Source: Heterodontus francisci
Lineage: Eukaryota
Reading direction: 5' to 3'
DNA length: 64,000 nucleotides
Assembly: GCF_036365525.1 (NCBI RefSeq)
Contig: NC_090377.1
Coordinates: 103,492,265-103,556,264 of the forward strand
In this document: piece after piece, positions 1 to 12,872 of the stretch
Layout: each line of letters starts with the position of its first letter
Numbering within the stretch: the stretch's first letter is position 1
Position numbers and translations under genes: made by a program
Notes under the pieces: generated by a model
Told to the model about the DNA's origin: nothing
What the model saw: only the letters and a program-made list of their open reading frames with translations
The model's database searches: none

Positions 1-222
1 ACAGATTTCCTTCCCTAAAGGGGATTAGTGAACCAGGTGGGTTTTTAACAACAATTGATAATGGTTGCATGATTACCATTGAGCTAACTTTTAATTTCAG
101 GTTTATGCATTAAATTCAAATTTCGCCATCTAACGTGGTGGGATGTGAACCCATATCCCGAGAGTATTAGCCCAGGCATCTGGTTTATTAGTCCAGTGAC
201 AATGCCACTACACCATTGCCTT
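1..222 (-). mobile_element. tRNA-derived (Pol III) head of a SINE/LINE family, same family as 26630-26858
   Basis: Minus strand reads AGGCAATGGTGTAGTGG (A box) ... GGGTTCACATCCCACC (B box); aligns by eye with 26630-26855. Confidence 0.7.
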
Positions 223-1214
223 TCATGGTTTAAGTCTAGCTTTTACATCCCCTTTTCTTTGGATGCTCAATTGTAATTGACTTTTACTTTTTGGGCATTG
301 AAGTTTTGCCCTAGAAAATTTCTGTTTAGAACATTTGGTGTTCTCTTTTATCCGTTTCCCACTTTTACTGTTCCAAGACTTGTGATATGCAAATTTTAAT
401 TACTGCATTGTTCTAGGTTGCTTGCAAATTTCACTGTTTGTAGAGGCTTTAACCCTTTTACTGCTGTTTCCACAGCACGTGGGTTTAATAATTCAAGTTC
501 CGCCCCATTGATAATTCTTATCTCAAGGGTGAAAGTGGGTGATAAAATATTTCTAGCTGCTGAGAAACATTTAGTTCTCCTTCTGCACTTTGTCCTTAGT
601 GAGTTCTGAATCTGTTTTGCTGGGCTCAGTTAGCTCTAGATTTAGAACCCGACCCTTTGATTTTTCAGTGGGCACATCCACACTGACCTCACTTTTAGTT
701 TTCTGGTGACTTCCACAAGTATGGTTTACTTTAGGGTATTTTACCTTCCTTTGTCCCTTTGCACTAGGGATTTTTCTTCCCCTAACCTGCCCCATGTCGT
801 CTGGGATACTACTGCTCACAGGTGGTTGTCCAGCTTCCACTGCACTCCCTGGTGGCAATTCAACAAGGTGAGACATCTCCCTCACTTTTGGCTTGCCTAT
901 TTGGGAACTTTTCTTGTCCCTATTTAAATCTTTAAAGAAGATTTCGGTTAAATATATCTTGGTGCTTTTCCTTCAAACTTTGCTGCTTTTATCTCAGCTC
1001 CTTTAAATTCTTCAGGCTCTTGGCATTATAAACTTCATTGGCTCTGTCTTGACCTTTTTAAATTCCACTGGCTTTCCTTTAGACTCTTTAATCTTTAATG
1101 GCCCTATCACACCCTGTGGGATTTTTGGGACTTCCCCAGCCCTCTGCAGCAGTGCAGAGTTTTGTTTGTTCCCCTCAGTTTCTCCAGTCTCCGTGGACTC
1201 CATGGACTCTCCTG

Positions 1215-2993
1215 GGTAACCAGGGAAAGGGTTGGCCCACTCAAGGACAGAGGAGGGAATCGATGTGTGGAGCCAGAGGAAATGGGCGAGGTCCTAAATA
1301 AGTACTTTGCATCAGTATTCACCAAAGAGAAGGACTTGGCGGATGATGAGTCTAGGAAAGGGCGTGTAGATATTCTGGGTCATGTCATTATCAAAAAGGA
1401 GGAGGTGTTGGGCGTCTTGCAAAGCATTAAGGTAGATAAGTCCCAGGGCCTGATGGGATCTACCCCAGAATACTGAGGGAGGCAAGGGAAGAAATTGCTG
1501 GGGCCTTGACAGAAATCTTTGTATCCTCATTGGCTACAGGTGAGGTCCCAGAGGACTGGAGGATAGCCAATGTTGTTCCTTTGTTTAAGAAGGGTAGCAA
1601 GGATAATCCAGGAAATTATAGGCTGGTGAGCCTTACGTCAGTGTTCGGGAAATTATTAGAGAGGATTCTTCGGGACAGGAATTACTCCCATTTGGAAACA
1701 AATGAACTTATTAGTGAGAGGCAGCATGGTTTTGTGAAGGGGAGGTCGTGTCTCACTAACTTGATTGAGTTTTTTGAGGAAGTGACGAAGATGATTGATG
1801 AAGGAAGGGCAGTGGATGTTGTCTATATGGACTTCGGTAAAGCCTTTGACAAGGTCCTTCATGGCAGACTGGTACAAAAGATGAAGTCACAAGAGATCAG
1901 AGGTGAGCTGGCAAGATGGATACAGAACTGGCTCGGTCATAGAAGACAGAGGGTAGTGGTGGAAGAGTGCTTTTCTGAATGGAGGGCTGTGACTAGTGGT
2001 GTTCCGCAGGGATCAGTGCTGGGACCTTTGCTGTTTGTAGTATATATAAATGATTTGGAGGAAAATGTAGCTGGTCTGATTAGTAAGTTTGCAGACAACA
2101 CAAAGGTTGGTGGAGTTGTGGATAGTGATGAGGATTGTCAGAGGATACAGCAGGATATAGATCGGTTGGAGACTTGGGCGGAGAAATGGCAAATGCAGTT
2201 TAATCCGGACAAATGTGAGGTAATGCATTTTGGAAGATCTAATACAGGTGGGAAGAATACAGTAAATGGCAGAACCTTAGGAGTATTGACAGGCAGAGAG
2301 ATCTGGGCATACAGGTCACTGAAAGTCGCAAGGCAGGTGGATAAGGTAGTCAAGAAAGCATACGGCATGCTTGCCTTCATCAGTCGGGGCATAGAGCATA
2401 AAAATTGGCAAATCATGCTGCAGCTGTACAGAACTTTAGTTCGGCCACACTTAGAATATTGCGTGCAATTCTGGTCGCCACACTACCAGAAGGACGTGGA
2501 GGCTTTGCAGAGGGTACAGAAGAGGTTTACCGGGATGTTGCCTGGTTTGAAGGGAATTAGCTTTGAGGAGAGGTTGGATAAACTCAGATTGTTTTCACTG
2601 GAACGACGGAGGTGGAGGGGCGACATGATAGAGGTTTACATAGTTATGAGTGGCATGGACAGAGTGGACAGAGTGGACATAGTCAGAAGCTTTTTCCCAG
2701 GGTGGAAGAGTCAGTTACTAGGGGACATAGGTTTAAGGTGAGAGGGGCAAAGTTTAGAGGGAATGTGCGAGGCAAGTTCTTTACACAGAGGGTGGTGAGT
2801 GCTTGGAACTTGCTGCCGGGGGAGGTGGTGGAAGCAGGTACGATAGCGATGTTTGAGAGGCATCTTGACAAATACATGAATAGGATGGGAATAGAGGGAT
2901 ACGGTCCCCGGAAGTGCAGAAGGTTTTAGTTTATCAAGATCGGCGCAGGCTTGGGGGGCCGAATGGCCTGTTCCTGTGCTGTACTGTTCTTTG
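1215..2993 (+). mobile_element. 5'-truncated CR1 LINE (ORF2 reverse transcriptase remnant plus 3' tail)
   Basis: ORF 1506-2741 with PEDWRIANVVPLFKKG, QHGFVKGRSCLTNLIEFF, GVPQGSVLGPLLF, KFADNTK; frameshifts; CR1 3' end GAATGGCCTGTTCCTGTGCTGTACTGTTCT. Confidence 0.93.
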
Positions 2994-3054
2994 ACTGCTC
3001 TGAACCCTCACTATACAGTACTGTGCTTCCTGCCAAGTCATTGCCCAGCAATAA

Positions 3055-4277
3055 TGTTATGAAAATGCTTCCATATTTTGTTAAATATTTTTTGAGACAC
3101 ATATTTTAATTGTGGAAATGGATTCATTTTGGAAGGCTGAAGATGCTGGACTTTGTTTTTTTGTTGAAAGTTCAATGAAAGGACACTGAGAGGTCTTGTT
3201 TGAAAACAAACCTTTACTGGATATCACATGTGCAATGAGAAGCTTCTTTATGTTGTCTGATGCATCTAAGTGAGATGCGTGGAGTTCAGGTACTTGAGGA
3301 TCTCAAACAGATTTATTGAATAGCTAACAACTATATATAGTACAGAGCTATCTATTTGCAGGTCTTGCCTCTTGGTGTTACAGTTGCAGGGTGAGACTGG
3401 CATGTAGTCACATGACTACATCCTGGCACTCAGCTCATTCGCATACTAAGATCTTAAACATACATTATTCTTAAAGGCAATCACATAACAACATGCCTTA
3501 AGATAAATAAACAACAGAAACCTTGGTGACATGGGAAGATGTTTACAGAGAAGTGACATGTCAAGATTTATGAGGGTCAGGAATTGGTTTCGCTTCTGAG
3601 ATATTGTTTTGATTCAGTTGGGGTGTGGACAGTGTTGAAAAACAATTGGTTTTGTAGCCTGCTGAAAAGAAACCCCCAGCTCATCTTTCCTGCACCGCTG
3701 TAAGAGACCCTCTCACAGCTCCTCTTTCAAAAAACCCTGGGAGTGTGAGAACTGAAACCCCTGATGTCACATATCTCCTGGAAAGCCTACCAGACTAATA
3801 CTCAACATCTCCAGAAGAACTGCTACAGAAAAGATCCCAGTGACCCATCTCCATGTACCTGCCAGACCAAAAGGGACAACTGACATCCTTCCACATATTC
3901 TCTTTCTTCTTCAAGAATTAGCAAGTATTTAGACAAAGTTTTATTTTGTCTTTTTTTTGTAAAAAGACTCTGCAGAGAGAACTTTTTTTTCAGTGTGCGT
4001 GTGAGTTTGTGTGTTGGGTATTTAAGAGGGGGACTTTCATATTTCAATCTGTATGTTAATGTTTTGCATCTTTGCTGGATAAGTCTTGTTTTTACAACAA
4101 ACTGATAGTTTTGTTCTTTATTAAAGAAACCTGGTTGGTATATTTTATTCTGGGGTAAAGAGTAAAGTATATAATTGACCATATTGGTAACTGGGTAAGC
4201 ATTCAAAATATATGTTTGGACCTGTGGAGAAGTGGAACTAGAAAAGACAGTGCACTCTTCCTGCCTCGGTCATAGCA
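3055..4277 (+). mobile_element. Solo LTR inserted in the Gypsy protease region
   Basis: TGTTAT...ATAGCA termini; flanks ATAA/ATAG (imperfect 4-bp TSD); flanking sequences rejoin into one reading (GVNL-LLGNDLAG). Confidence 0.7.
3231..3490 (-). mobile_element. 260-bp solo LTR nested in the larger solo LTR
   Basis: TG...CA ends, perfect 5-bp TSD ACATG (3226-3230 / 3491-3495); reverse-complement homolog of 19204-19466. Confidence 0.8.
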
Positions 4278-5823
4278 ATAGGTTTACCCCCTGCATTGGT
4301 AAGCTCAGAATAATCCCAACCATCACTACCCCAGGTGAACAACTTACTCTGTAGGTACTCTTTAACTAAGGGAACCTACAAGCATTTTCCAGTAAGTCCA
4401 TTTACCAATAATGTGGTATTTGTTCTGCTTTCATGTGGCATTTCTGTAAAACTGGCTGCCAGTAGGGTTTGAAAACCATACTGAGTATCGTTATTTCTTT
4501 GTCTGGTGCCTGAGATACAAAAGGAGTCATTTTTTCTTTTTGTAAAAAGTTCTGGTATGTGTTCTGTTCTTGGGTTATATTAGAACACATGCTTACCACT
4601 TTCATAGCCTCAGACAGTGGTTTGGCTGCAGCGCCTCCTGGTGTTTTTTTGGAATACCAACAATTTGCCTGGACAAGCCCAGATTTCCCACACTGGAAGC
4701 ACATCAGGTGAACCCCAAATGATTTATCACCTGGGTTCCTTCTTTCAAAAGTTGGAGACTGATTTAGGTTTCTTTCCCTAATCACCTTTAGAGCCTATTT
4801 TTGCTTCAGCTGCATCCTTGCTATCTCTCCCTCGCCTGTAAGGGTTACTAGACCAAAATTTATTCTGAGTTAGGGATTTGTGTATTAACTCATAATCGTA
4901 GGTCATTTTTGCTGCTTCTCTGACCCTTGTAACACTTTGTTCTTCATTGTGGATCCTTACACTAACTGGGGTGCTATTTTTAAATTCTTCCAAAAATATC
5001 ACTTCTCTCAAATTTTCATATAAGGGTTCTAGCTTGAGAGATTATATCTAGCAGTCAAAAGCCATATGTTTAATTCTTTAGAATTCAATGTAAGTCTGTG
5101 TAGGTCTTTTCCTGGTGTGTCTGAATATCTGTTGATATGTTCAGGTACGAACTCATATGCACTTAGAACTGTAGTTTTAGTTTGTTCATAGTCAAAGGAA
5201 CTCTCTTCCGATAACAAGGCAAAAGCTTCACGAGCTCTACCCAGGAACTTGCCTTGGAAGAGAAGAGTCCATAATACTTTTGACCATTTTAGCCTGGTAA
5301 CTATTTTCTCAAATGAGATAACGTGTGACTCAATCTCTTCCTCATTAAATTTTGGGGCTAGTCATGAGTGTTTCAGTACATCAAGGTTTTGCTCTGCATT
5401 GGGGATAAGGTTTGAGCGGCTGGTTATCTTATGCTTGGTTATCTTAGCCTTTCTAACTCAAACTGGTTTGCCTCCCTTTCCTCTTTTTCCTTCTGAAACT
5501 GCATCTCCTCTCTTTTCAACTGAATTTTGGCTAGGGCTATCCTTTCAGTTTCAGATTCCATGCTTTATTCTTCTGGTTCAAGAGTAAGTTTAAAATGGTT
5601 AACCAGACTCTTCGCCAGTTCAGGTTTATTTGTTTTTTTTCCTTGAAAGTGATTCCCACCTCTGTAGTTAACCTTTTTAAATCTTCAATACTTAATGTAT
5701 TTTAACTTATCATGGGGTATCTCTCTCGGCTCTGCAAACTCCTTAGCATTAAATATGGCCATCTCTTTTGTTTCTAGCACCATCGAGAAAAAACAGAAAA
5801 GTACAAGAAAACCTGTTTGTTTA

Positions 5824-7862
5824 ATATAAAATAAAAACAAGAAATGCTGGAAATACTCAGCAGGTCTGGCAGCATCTGTGGAGAGAGAAGCAGAGTTAAT
5901 GTTTCAGGTCAGTGACCCTTCATCAGAACTGGCAAAGGTTAGAAAAGTAATAGGTTTTAAGCAAATAAAGCAGTGGTGAGGCAAGAGATAACAAAAGTAA
6001 TGGTGCATGTAGGATAAGGTTACAGAGAATAATTGACCAGCAGGTCATGGAGAAAAGGCAAATGAGATGTTAATGGTGTGTTGAAAGACAAAGCGTTAGT
6101 GCAGAGAGGGTGCTAATTGACAGAAAAATGAAGAGCCCTGGCCCAAAGCACAAGCATGAAAAAACAGTGAGTAGGCACATGGTAAGAAAAATGAATGATG
6201 AAACAAACTAAAATAAAATAAAATAAAAAAAATAGCTGAAAATAAAAAGGGGGGCCCATCATGCTCTGAAATTATTGAACTCAATGTTCAGTCCAGCAGG
6301 CTACAGCATGCCTAATCAGTAAATGAGATGCTGTTCCGAGCTTGCATTGATGTTCACTGGAACACTGCAGCAAGCACAGGATTGATATGTAGGCATGAAA
6401 GCAGTGGGGTGTGTTGAAATGGCAAGCAACCAGAAGCTCGGGGTCATGCTTTCAGACTGAGTGGAGGTGCTCCGCAAAGTGGTGACCCAATCTGCGTTTG
6501 GTTTCCCCAATGTAGAGGAGACCACATTGTGAGCAGCGAATACAGTATACTAAATTAAAAGAAGTACAAGTAAATCGCTGCTTCACCTGAAAGGAGTGTT
6601 TGGGGCCTTGGATAGAGAGGTGAGAGGAGGTAAAAGCAGGTATTACACCTCTTGCGATTGCATGGGAAGGTGCCGTGGGAAGGGGACCGAGGTGTTCGCG
6701 GTAATGGAGGAGTGGACCAGGGTGTCACAGAGGGAACTATCGCTTCAGAATGCTGACAGGGGAGGGGAAGATGTGTTTGGTAGTGGCATCATGCTGGAGG
6801 TGGCAGAAATGGTGGAGGATGATCCTTTGGATGTGGAGGCAGTGGGGTGGAAAGTGAGGACAAGGGGAGCCCAGTCGTGGTTCTGGGAGGAAGGGGAAGG
6901 GGTGACGGTAGAGGTGCGGGAAATGGGCCAGACACGGTTGAGGGCCCTGTCAACCACATTGGGGGGAATCCTCGGCTGAGGAAAACAGAAGACATATCAG
7001 AAGCACTGTCATGGAAGGTTGCATCACCAGAGCAGATGCGTCGGAGACGGAGAAACTGAGAGAATGGAATGGAGTCCTTACAGGAGGCAGGGTGTGAAAA
7101 AGTGTAGTCGAGGCAGCTGTGGGAGCCCGTGGGCTTATAATGAATATTAGTAGACAGCCTATCCAAGAGATGGAGACAGAGAAGTCGAGGAAGGGAAGGG
7201 AAGTGTCAGAGACAGACCATGTAAAGGTGAGAGAAGGGTGGAAATTGGCGGTAAAGTTGATAATGTTTTCCAGTTCGGGGCGGGAGCAGGAAACGGCACT
7301 GATACAGTCATCAATGTACCAGAAAAAGAGTTGGGGGAGAGGGCCTGAGTAGGACTGGAACAAGGAATGTTCGACATATCCCTCAAAAAAACAGGCATCA
7401 CTAGGACCTATGCGGGTATCCAGAGCAACCCCTTTTACTTGAAGGAAGTGAGTGGAGTTGAAGGAAAAGTTGTTCAATGTGAGAACAAGTTCAGCCAAGC
7501 AGAGGAGAGTGGTGGTGGATGGGGACTGGTTAGGCCTCTGTTCAAAGGAAGAAGCAGAGAGCCCTCAAACCATCCTGGTGGGGGATGGAGGTGTACGGAG
7601 ATTGAACATCCATAGTGAAGAGGAGGCGGTTGGGGCCAGGAAACTGGAAATTGTCAAAATGACATAGGGTGTTAGAAGAGTCATGGATGTAAGTGAGAAC
7701 AGACTGGACCAGGAGAGAAAAGATAGAGTCAAGATAGGAAGAAATAAGTTCAGTGGGGCAGGAACAGGCTGAAACAATGGGTTTACCGGGACAGTCCTGT
7801 TTGTGGATTTTAGGAAAGAGGTAGAAGTGGGCTGTCCAGGGTTGTGGAACTGAGGTTGGAAT
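5824..7862 (-). mobile_element. Penelope-like retroelement (RT plus GIY-YIG endonuclease remnant)
   Basis: Frameshifted ORFs LVLTLNNFSFN...YIDDCI and STNIHYKPTGSHSCLDY...SIPFSQFLRLRRICS; GIY-YIG-like VYCIRC...YIGET near 6500-6560; 11-bp flanking duplication CTGTTTGTTTA at 5813-5823 and 7863-7873. Confidence 0.88.
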
Positions 7863-7940
7863 CTGTTTGTTTACTTTTCCACAATTTAGAGGTCAATTTT
7901 CCTCCCATTTTCCAAATTTCTGATTTGTCTGGTGGATCAG

Positions 7941-7960
7941 ATCCTGGCTTCGAGCCCCCA
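7941..7960 (-). promoter_or_regulatory. Primer-binding site (tRNA-Pro) of the Gmr1-like element
   Basis: Minus strand TGGGGGCTCGAAGCCAGGAT, 3 nt after LTR end CATAACA; plus strand resembles tRNA-Pro 3' end ATCCCGGACGAGCCCCCA. Confidence 0.8.
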
Positions 7961-8188
7961 GTTTGTTATGGCCACATGGTGAGGGGTGTGGGTAGTTCCC
8001 ACTGTTCAGCTTCCACCTGACCGCAGCAAGTGTTTGTTGTTGTTAGGGTTTAACCCTTTTGTGTTTTATTTGTCAAATAAACAGACAGAGACAGGTTTTA
8101 TTGTAGATTTAAAACAGAAGATTAATTCTTTATTGAGCAATATGCTTTATCCCGAAATTGTTGCAACTGCATAAACTCATGCATTCAC

Positions 8189-8189
8189 T

Positions 8190-8220
<31 letters not shown>

Positions 8221-8221
8221 A
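8189..8221. repeat. (CA)n microsatellite within LTR
   Basis: Direct inspection of the cacacaca run. Confidence 0.9.
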
Positions 8222-8959
8222 AGATACAGATAGAGAAGTGTTTTTTTAAAGTGAGGTATGGTATACCTGTTGAATTCTCTCAGAGGTCAAGTTCTCTTTA
8301 GGCCTGAGGTGCTTGTAGATTTCGCTCTTGGTTGAAAGTTGAGCTTGAAGGCAGAGAGTCACTTTCAAATCACGGCTGCACAAGTTGAAAATGTAGAATT
8401 CACAGCAGGGCCCCCTACATCTTGGCTTGTAGGAATGTTTCCCAGCTCTTAGCTAGACAAGCTTTTCATGGCGCTTCTTACTGGTTTCCCTCTCTTTCTC
8501 TTCAGGGAGCAAGCATTAAAGCTCAAAAATTGTTTCACACCTTTTCCTTTGTTGGGAGACAGATTTTCTTCCCTGTGGTGACTGACAATGGCCAGTATCT
8601 GGCTACTTCACACCTTCTTTGTTTCAAAAGAACCCATTCAATTCAAAAATGTCCCTTGATGGGTTTAGGATGGGTGCAATTGACACCTCTTAGCTTTGAA
8701 GGTATTCTTTTGTTCATACCAACCAGTAGACAGTTTGAATATACAGAGCCAGAATTTGAACCTTCAGTGGCCATTTTGAAGCATCTTGTTCAGTTTTTAA
8801 AAACAAAGGTCCATTTTTATGCCTCTTCAGGTTGATCTCTTGTAGTTTCAATCACTGCACTTTATGTGAGCATTACAATAATCAGCAGACTATTATATTG
8901 TAATTTACCATCTCCTCTCTCAACCCCTCCACTGCCATTGGTTTTTCACACTGCTTGAC

Positions 8960-9730
8960 TGTTCCAATGCACTCCTGGCTGTCTCCCATCTTCCATTTTT
9001 CATAAACATCAACTCATCCAAAGCCCTGCTTCCCATTCCCTAACTCGCACCAAGTCCCATTCACCCATCACCCTTGTGCTCAAAGACCTGCATTGACTCC
9101 CAGTCCAGCAAAGCTGCAACTTTAAAACTCTCACCCTTTTTGTAAATTCCTCCATGTCTTTGCCCCTCAAAGTGCTAAAACTCAGATAGCCAGGTGGTGA
9201 ATGATGGAACTGGAACTTAATCTTTATACACTTACAAGCTGTTATTTACAGACACACATAATATATGGTGCATCTGCAAACCAACAACCACAGTTTCAGC
9301 CTGCTCCAATAGATTTGAGCACAGGTGAGTCCCCAATTAATGCCCACCACCTGAATACAAATAAACACCCAATTAATATGCCATTAACACTTATCTCTAT
9401 AATTTCCTGCAGCCTGGAAATATCCAAGATCTCTGAATCCTCCTATTTCTGGCCGCTTCTGCATACTCCATTTTAATCACTCCATCATTAGGAGCCAGGC
9501 CTTCAACTACATAGGCCATAAGCTCTAGAATTCCCTTCCTAAACCGCTCCACCTCTCTACCTCCCTCTCCTCCTTTAAGACACCCTGTAAAAGCTATCTC
9601 TTACCCAGCTTTTGGTCATCAGCCCTAATATCATTTATATTGCTTGATGTCAAATTCTGTTTGATAACGTTCCTGTGAAGCACCTTGGAATGGTACTATG
9701 TTAAATGTGCTATATGAATGCAGCTTATGG
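8960..9730 (+). mobile_element. L2 LINE 3' remnant
   Basis: Decayed L2 ORF2 C-terminus (PITLVLKDLH*LPV, cf. HITPVLxxLHWLPV) and tail GTGAAGCACCTTGG...ATGTTAAATGTGCTATATGAATGCA. Confidence 0.65.
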
Positions 9731-12599
9731 TTGGTATGTATAAGCACCAAAAAGAGTTGCTGAGAATCCAAATAAAATATTAACTTTTTTTTCTTGTACT
9801 TGTGCTGGGGAACTGATACTTTTGTTTGTTTCAGGCAACATCATTACTTGTTACTTACAACCAGGTGATCCTCCCCAGTAGTCTGACTATATTGTATATA
9901 TTTCCACAATTAAATGCTAAGAACCCGAAGGAAAATGCTAGCATCTCACATTGAAATTGAGAATAAAACGTGACAGGTTTCCCAAAGATTAATCCTAAAG
10001 ATTTTTGAAGAATTCTGAAGAGACTTCAAAACGTTTTAATGGTTGGACCTTATGTTTATGCCTTTGCAACTGGAACTGCAGTGATTTATTTTCGATGATA
10101 CATTCATTTAGTGAAGTCCGTCTATATTTCTATCAGCTTTACATGTTTGGAATGAGTTACGGTCTGCAAAATAACAGTGGTTTTGCTTCCATGGTAATGG
10201 AACATATTGAAACTGGAAGAGTCCTAACGTGCTGAATAATTGTAAGACATGACCTTAAGAATGCTTTACTTTTGCAGAAAATATGCACTTGATTCTATAG
10301 ACCATACTTATATATGTTCTATCTCCTTGAGTTCAGAAGCAAAAAACTGGAACATAAGAACAGTTGACACAGGTGCAGATAGTCTCTATTTCTGGATTTG
10401 ATTGGATTAGTATATGACCTGTATTAGAGGGAGCTCACATTTAAGTCAAAGGAATACTGTCAAGTGGAGAGAATAGAAAGCTGAAGTCATAATGACTTTA
10501 GATGGTAAGATTGGAACATACCAAGTTCCTTCAAGGAGAATAAAAATCATCTTACCAACCTAATATTCTTCAGTTCCTTTAGATTATGCATTTGACCAGA
10601 TAAATCAGGGTATTAAAGGCTTAGATTAACCAATGTATCTGAAATTGGAAACAGTCTCAGAAAAAACAGGGAAATTAATCTGACTGTACATCAAAGGCAC
10701 AATAATTTCTTTCATTTGAAGGTAAATGGGAAAGATACTTTAGAAATAAAATCAGACTCCATCTCATGGCAATGAATGAGCAGGGGATTTGATGCATCTG
10801 AAATAATGATACCAGATTTCCAGGGCAATTGGCAGATTAGATATAACGTGCAGATAAGGAGGAAAAATTCATGAAAGTTTAGATGTTCGAATAAAAAGGA
10901 TACCTGGAAATTTGGGTAAAAGGGACAGATCTTTAAATATATGTGTTGAGGTGGAATTTGGGGCTAAGAATTAACTGTGTTGCCATGGGACTACTGTCAT
11001 GAATCTCCTATACTTCCTCAGTGTTTAGGTGACTTTGGCAAAGTAAGAGAAGACAATTAGGCTGCTGAAGGAAGAATTTATTGCCAAATTTCACAGAGAA
11101 ATCATGTTCTCTGAGTATTCCCAGCAGGTGGGTTTCTGACAGCTCTGAGGCCATCAATTGAAAAAATGAACAGACCTGTGTATCACAGTCTGGACTTTTC
11201 ATCAACACTGTTGTCATGTCCTCAAATTTTCACAAGTAAACTGAATTCTTGAACTGAACTGAAAATTATGTCTTTTCTGCTGCTGAGTGTAGTTTGGGTT
11301 TAACCAAATCATGGCACATCACTTACTGGAGAATATATGGGATACCCAGCATAATCTACCATTGCATCCGAAGGCAGAAAAATAACAAATCACTAGACCA
11401 AGCTGTGAATAGTACTTGGGCAGATTTATTTGTAGCTAAAACAATGAAGCAAAAATACATCGCAAGGTATTAATACAGTACTATAGCCAAACATGCTGAT
11501 ATAAAGACTGGTATAACTGTTCAAAATGAAGAAAGACAAAGTCCTCAATGTTCACTGACCTTTTAAGCAAGTTCTTGGTAACATCAAATGTGCATTTTCT
11601 TTACAACTTTGTTTTTCCAGCTAGATTAATGAGACTCTCTTCTTCCATGGCTAACATAGGAACTAATCTTGCCTCTGAAAGAAACAAAGTTCACAAATCT
11701 GGATGGGGAAAACAAAGACTTCAAACCTGTGGAAACACATATGAAATATTTATTTTGTAATGAGAAAAAATATCACATCAAAGGGTGCATTCTCCTCCTC
11801 ACTGCCCAGTCATAACTCTGGTGGTGTGGTTTGCCTGTCATTAATAGAACCGGTTTGATCGTTGGGTGAGATCTATAAAGAGCAGGCAATTTGCTCTTCC
11901 AGATGATGACCCAGGCAAGGAAGATGTAAATCTACCCCTAAGCTTCCATCTTTTGATACAGTACATGAAGTTTCCCCTTCCAAGCTCATGGAATCTGGGG
12001 TGTAGTCAGAGGTTGCAACTGGTCTGATTTTACAGTTCTCTACCAATTAGAGAATGTCCTGTAAGTTATAACATGAAAGGGGAATTGGGTAAAAGGAGGG
12101 TGGGTTTGTGGTGAAATTGGGCTCGGTAGTGCCTCTTTGTTAGTGGAGGTGCGCGGAAAACATATTTGTAAAGGAGTATGCGCATGGGCACCTAATGTCT
12201 GCCAACAGCATGCAGAACAAACTGGTCATGACGCCAATCAACATGTAATGCTGTTTTGATGCCAGTGCTGCTGTTTTCAAGCTCTGCATTTCAGCCCATG
12301 ACCTCTCTTAATCTCAGCTGATCAGCAGCATGAAGGGCACCCATCAGTGCGATTTAAATTACTTACAGCTTAGTTACTGGTTTATTTCTTCTGGCTGTTG
12401 CTGCAATTCTACAAGGTTTGGGTGCTTTCTATTGTTAGTTAAATTTTCAATAGTCTACAGTGAGTGATGTGGTAGATGTTGAAGTACTTTTTCACTGACT
12501 TAAAGGTTTCTACACAGACCAGTTGCTCTCAGACACGGGTGGAGATGTAACCCTTCCTCTTGGCTTTGAGCATGACTGGGAGAATGAAGCGAGGCCATG

Positions 12600-12872
12600 A
12601 AGAGCAGGGAAAACTGCTGGAAGAAGACGGAGGAGAAGGGGGAGATGAGCTCTCAGTCAGGGGCCATATCCACAGATGGTGCTCAGAGAGATATTCTCTT
12701 ACCTAACCCTCATCCATGAACAATGTTTGAGATATCTGTGCTTCAGTAAGGAGGTCCATGCTGAAATCTGCTACCTGCTGCAGTCACGACTGCAACCTCA
12801 TAGCAGGTCAAGTACTGTTTTGTCTGTGGCTGTCAAGGTGACCGTAACTGTGAACTTGTACGCATCTGGAAG
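12600..12872 (+). mobile_element. PIF/Harbinger transposase (HARBI1-like) N-terminal remnant, truncated by CR1
   Basis: ORF 12676-12876 FSYLTL...CLRYLCFSKEVHAEICYLLQ...LSVAVKVTVTVNLYASG resembles Harbinger LPVAVKVTxALNFYASG. Confidence 0.7.

Larger units (their letters stand above)
230..8877 (-). mobile_element. Decayed Gmr1-like Gypsy LTR retrotransposon (5' LTR, PBS, SCAN-like gag, Zn knuckle, protease), interrupted by nested insertions
   Basis: LTR 7964-8877 (TGTAATG...CATAACA on minus); PBS 7941-7960; gag fragments EVIFLEEFKNS...EAAKMTYDYEL (SCAN-like, 4778-5011) and CFQCGKSGLVQANC (4402-4785); protease C-terminal motif GVNL|LLGNDLAG split by the 3055-4277 insertion. Left end uncertain. 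Confidence 0.75.

Noticed and set aside
1506-2741. Functional 411-aa RT gene
   Set aside because: CR1 remnant with catalytic DD changed to DN, plus frameshifts and 5' truncation.
11008-12070. Possible exons or a crystallin pseudogene
   Set aside because: Candidate acceptor-led frames hit stops quickly and show no Greek-key or other motif.
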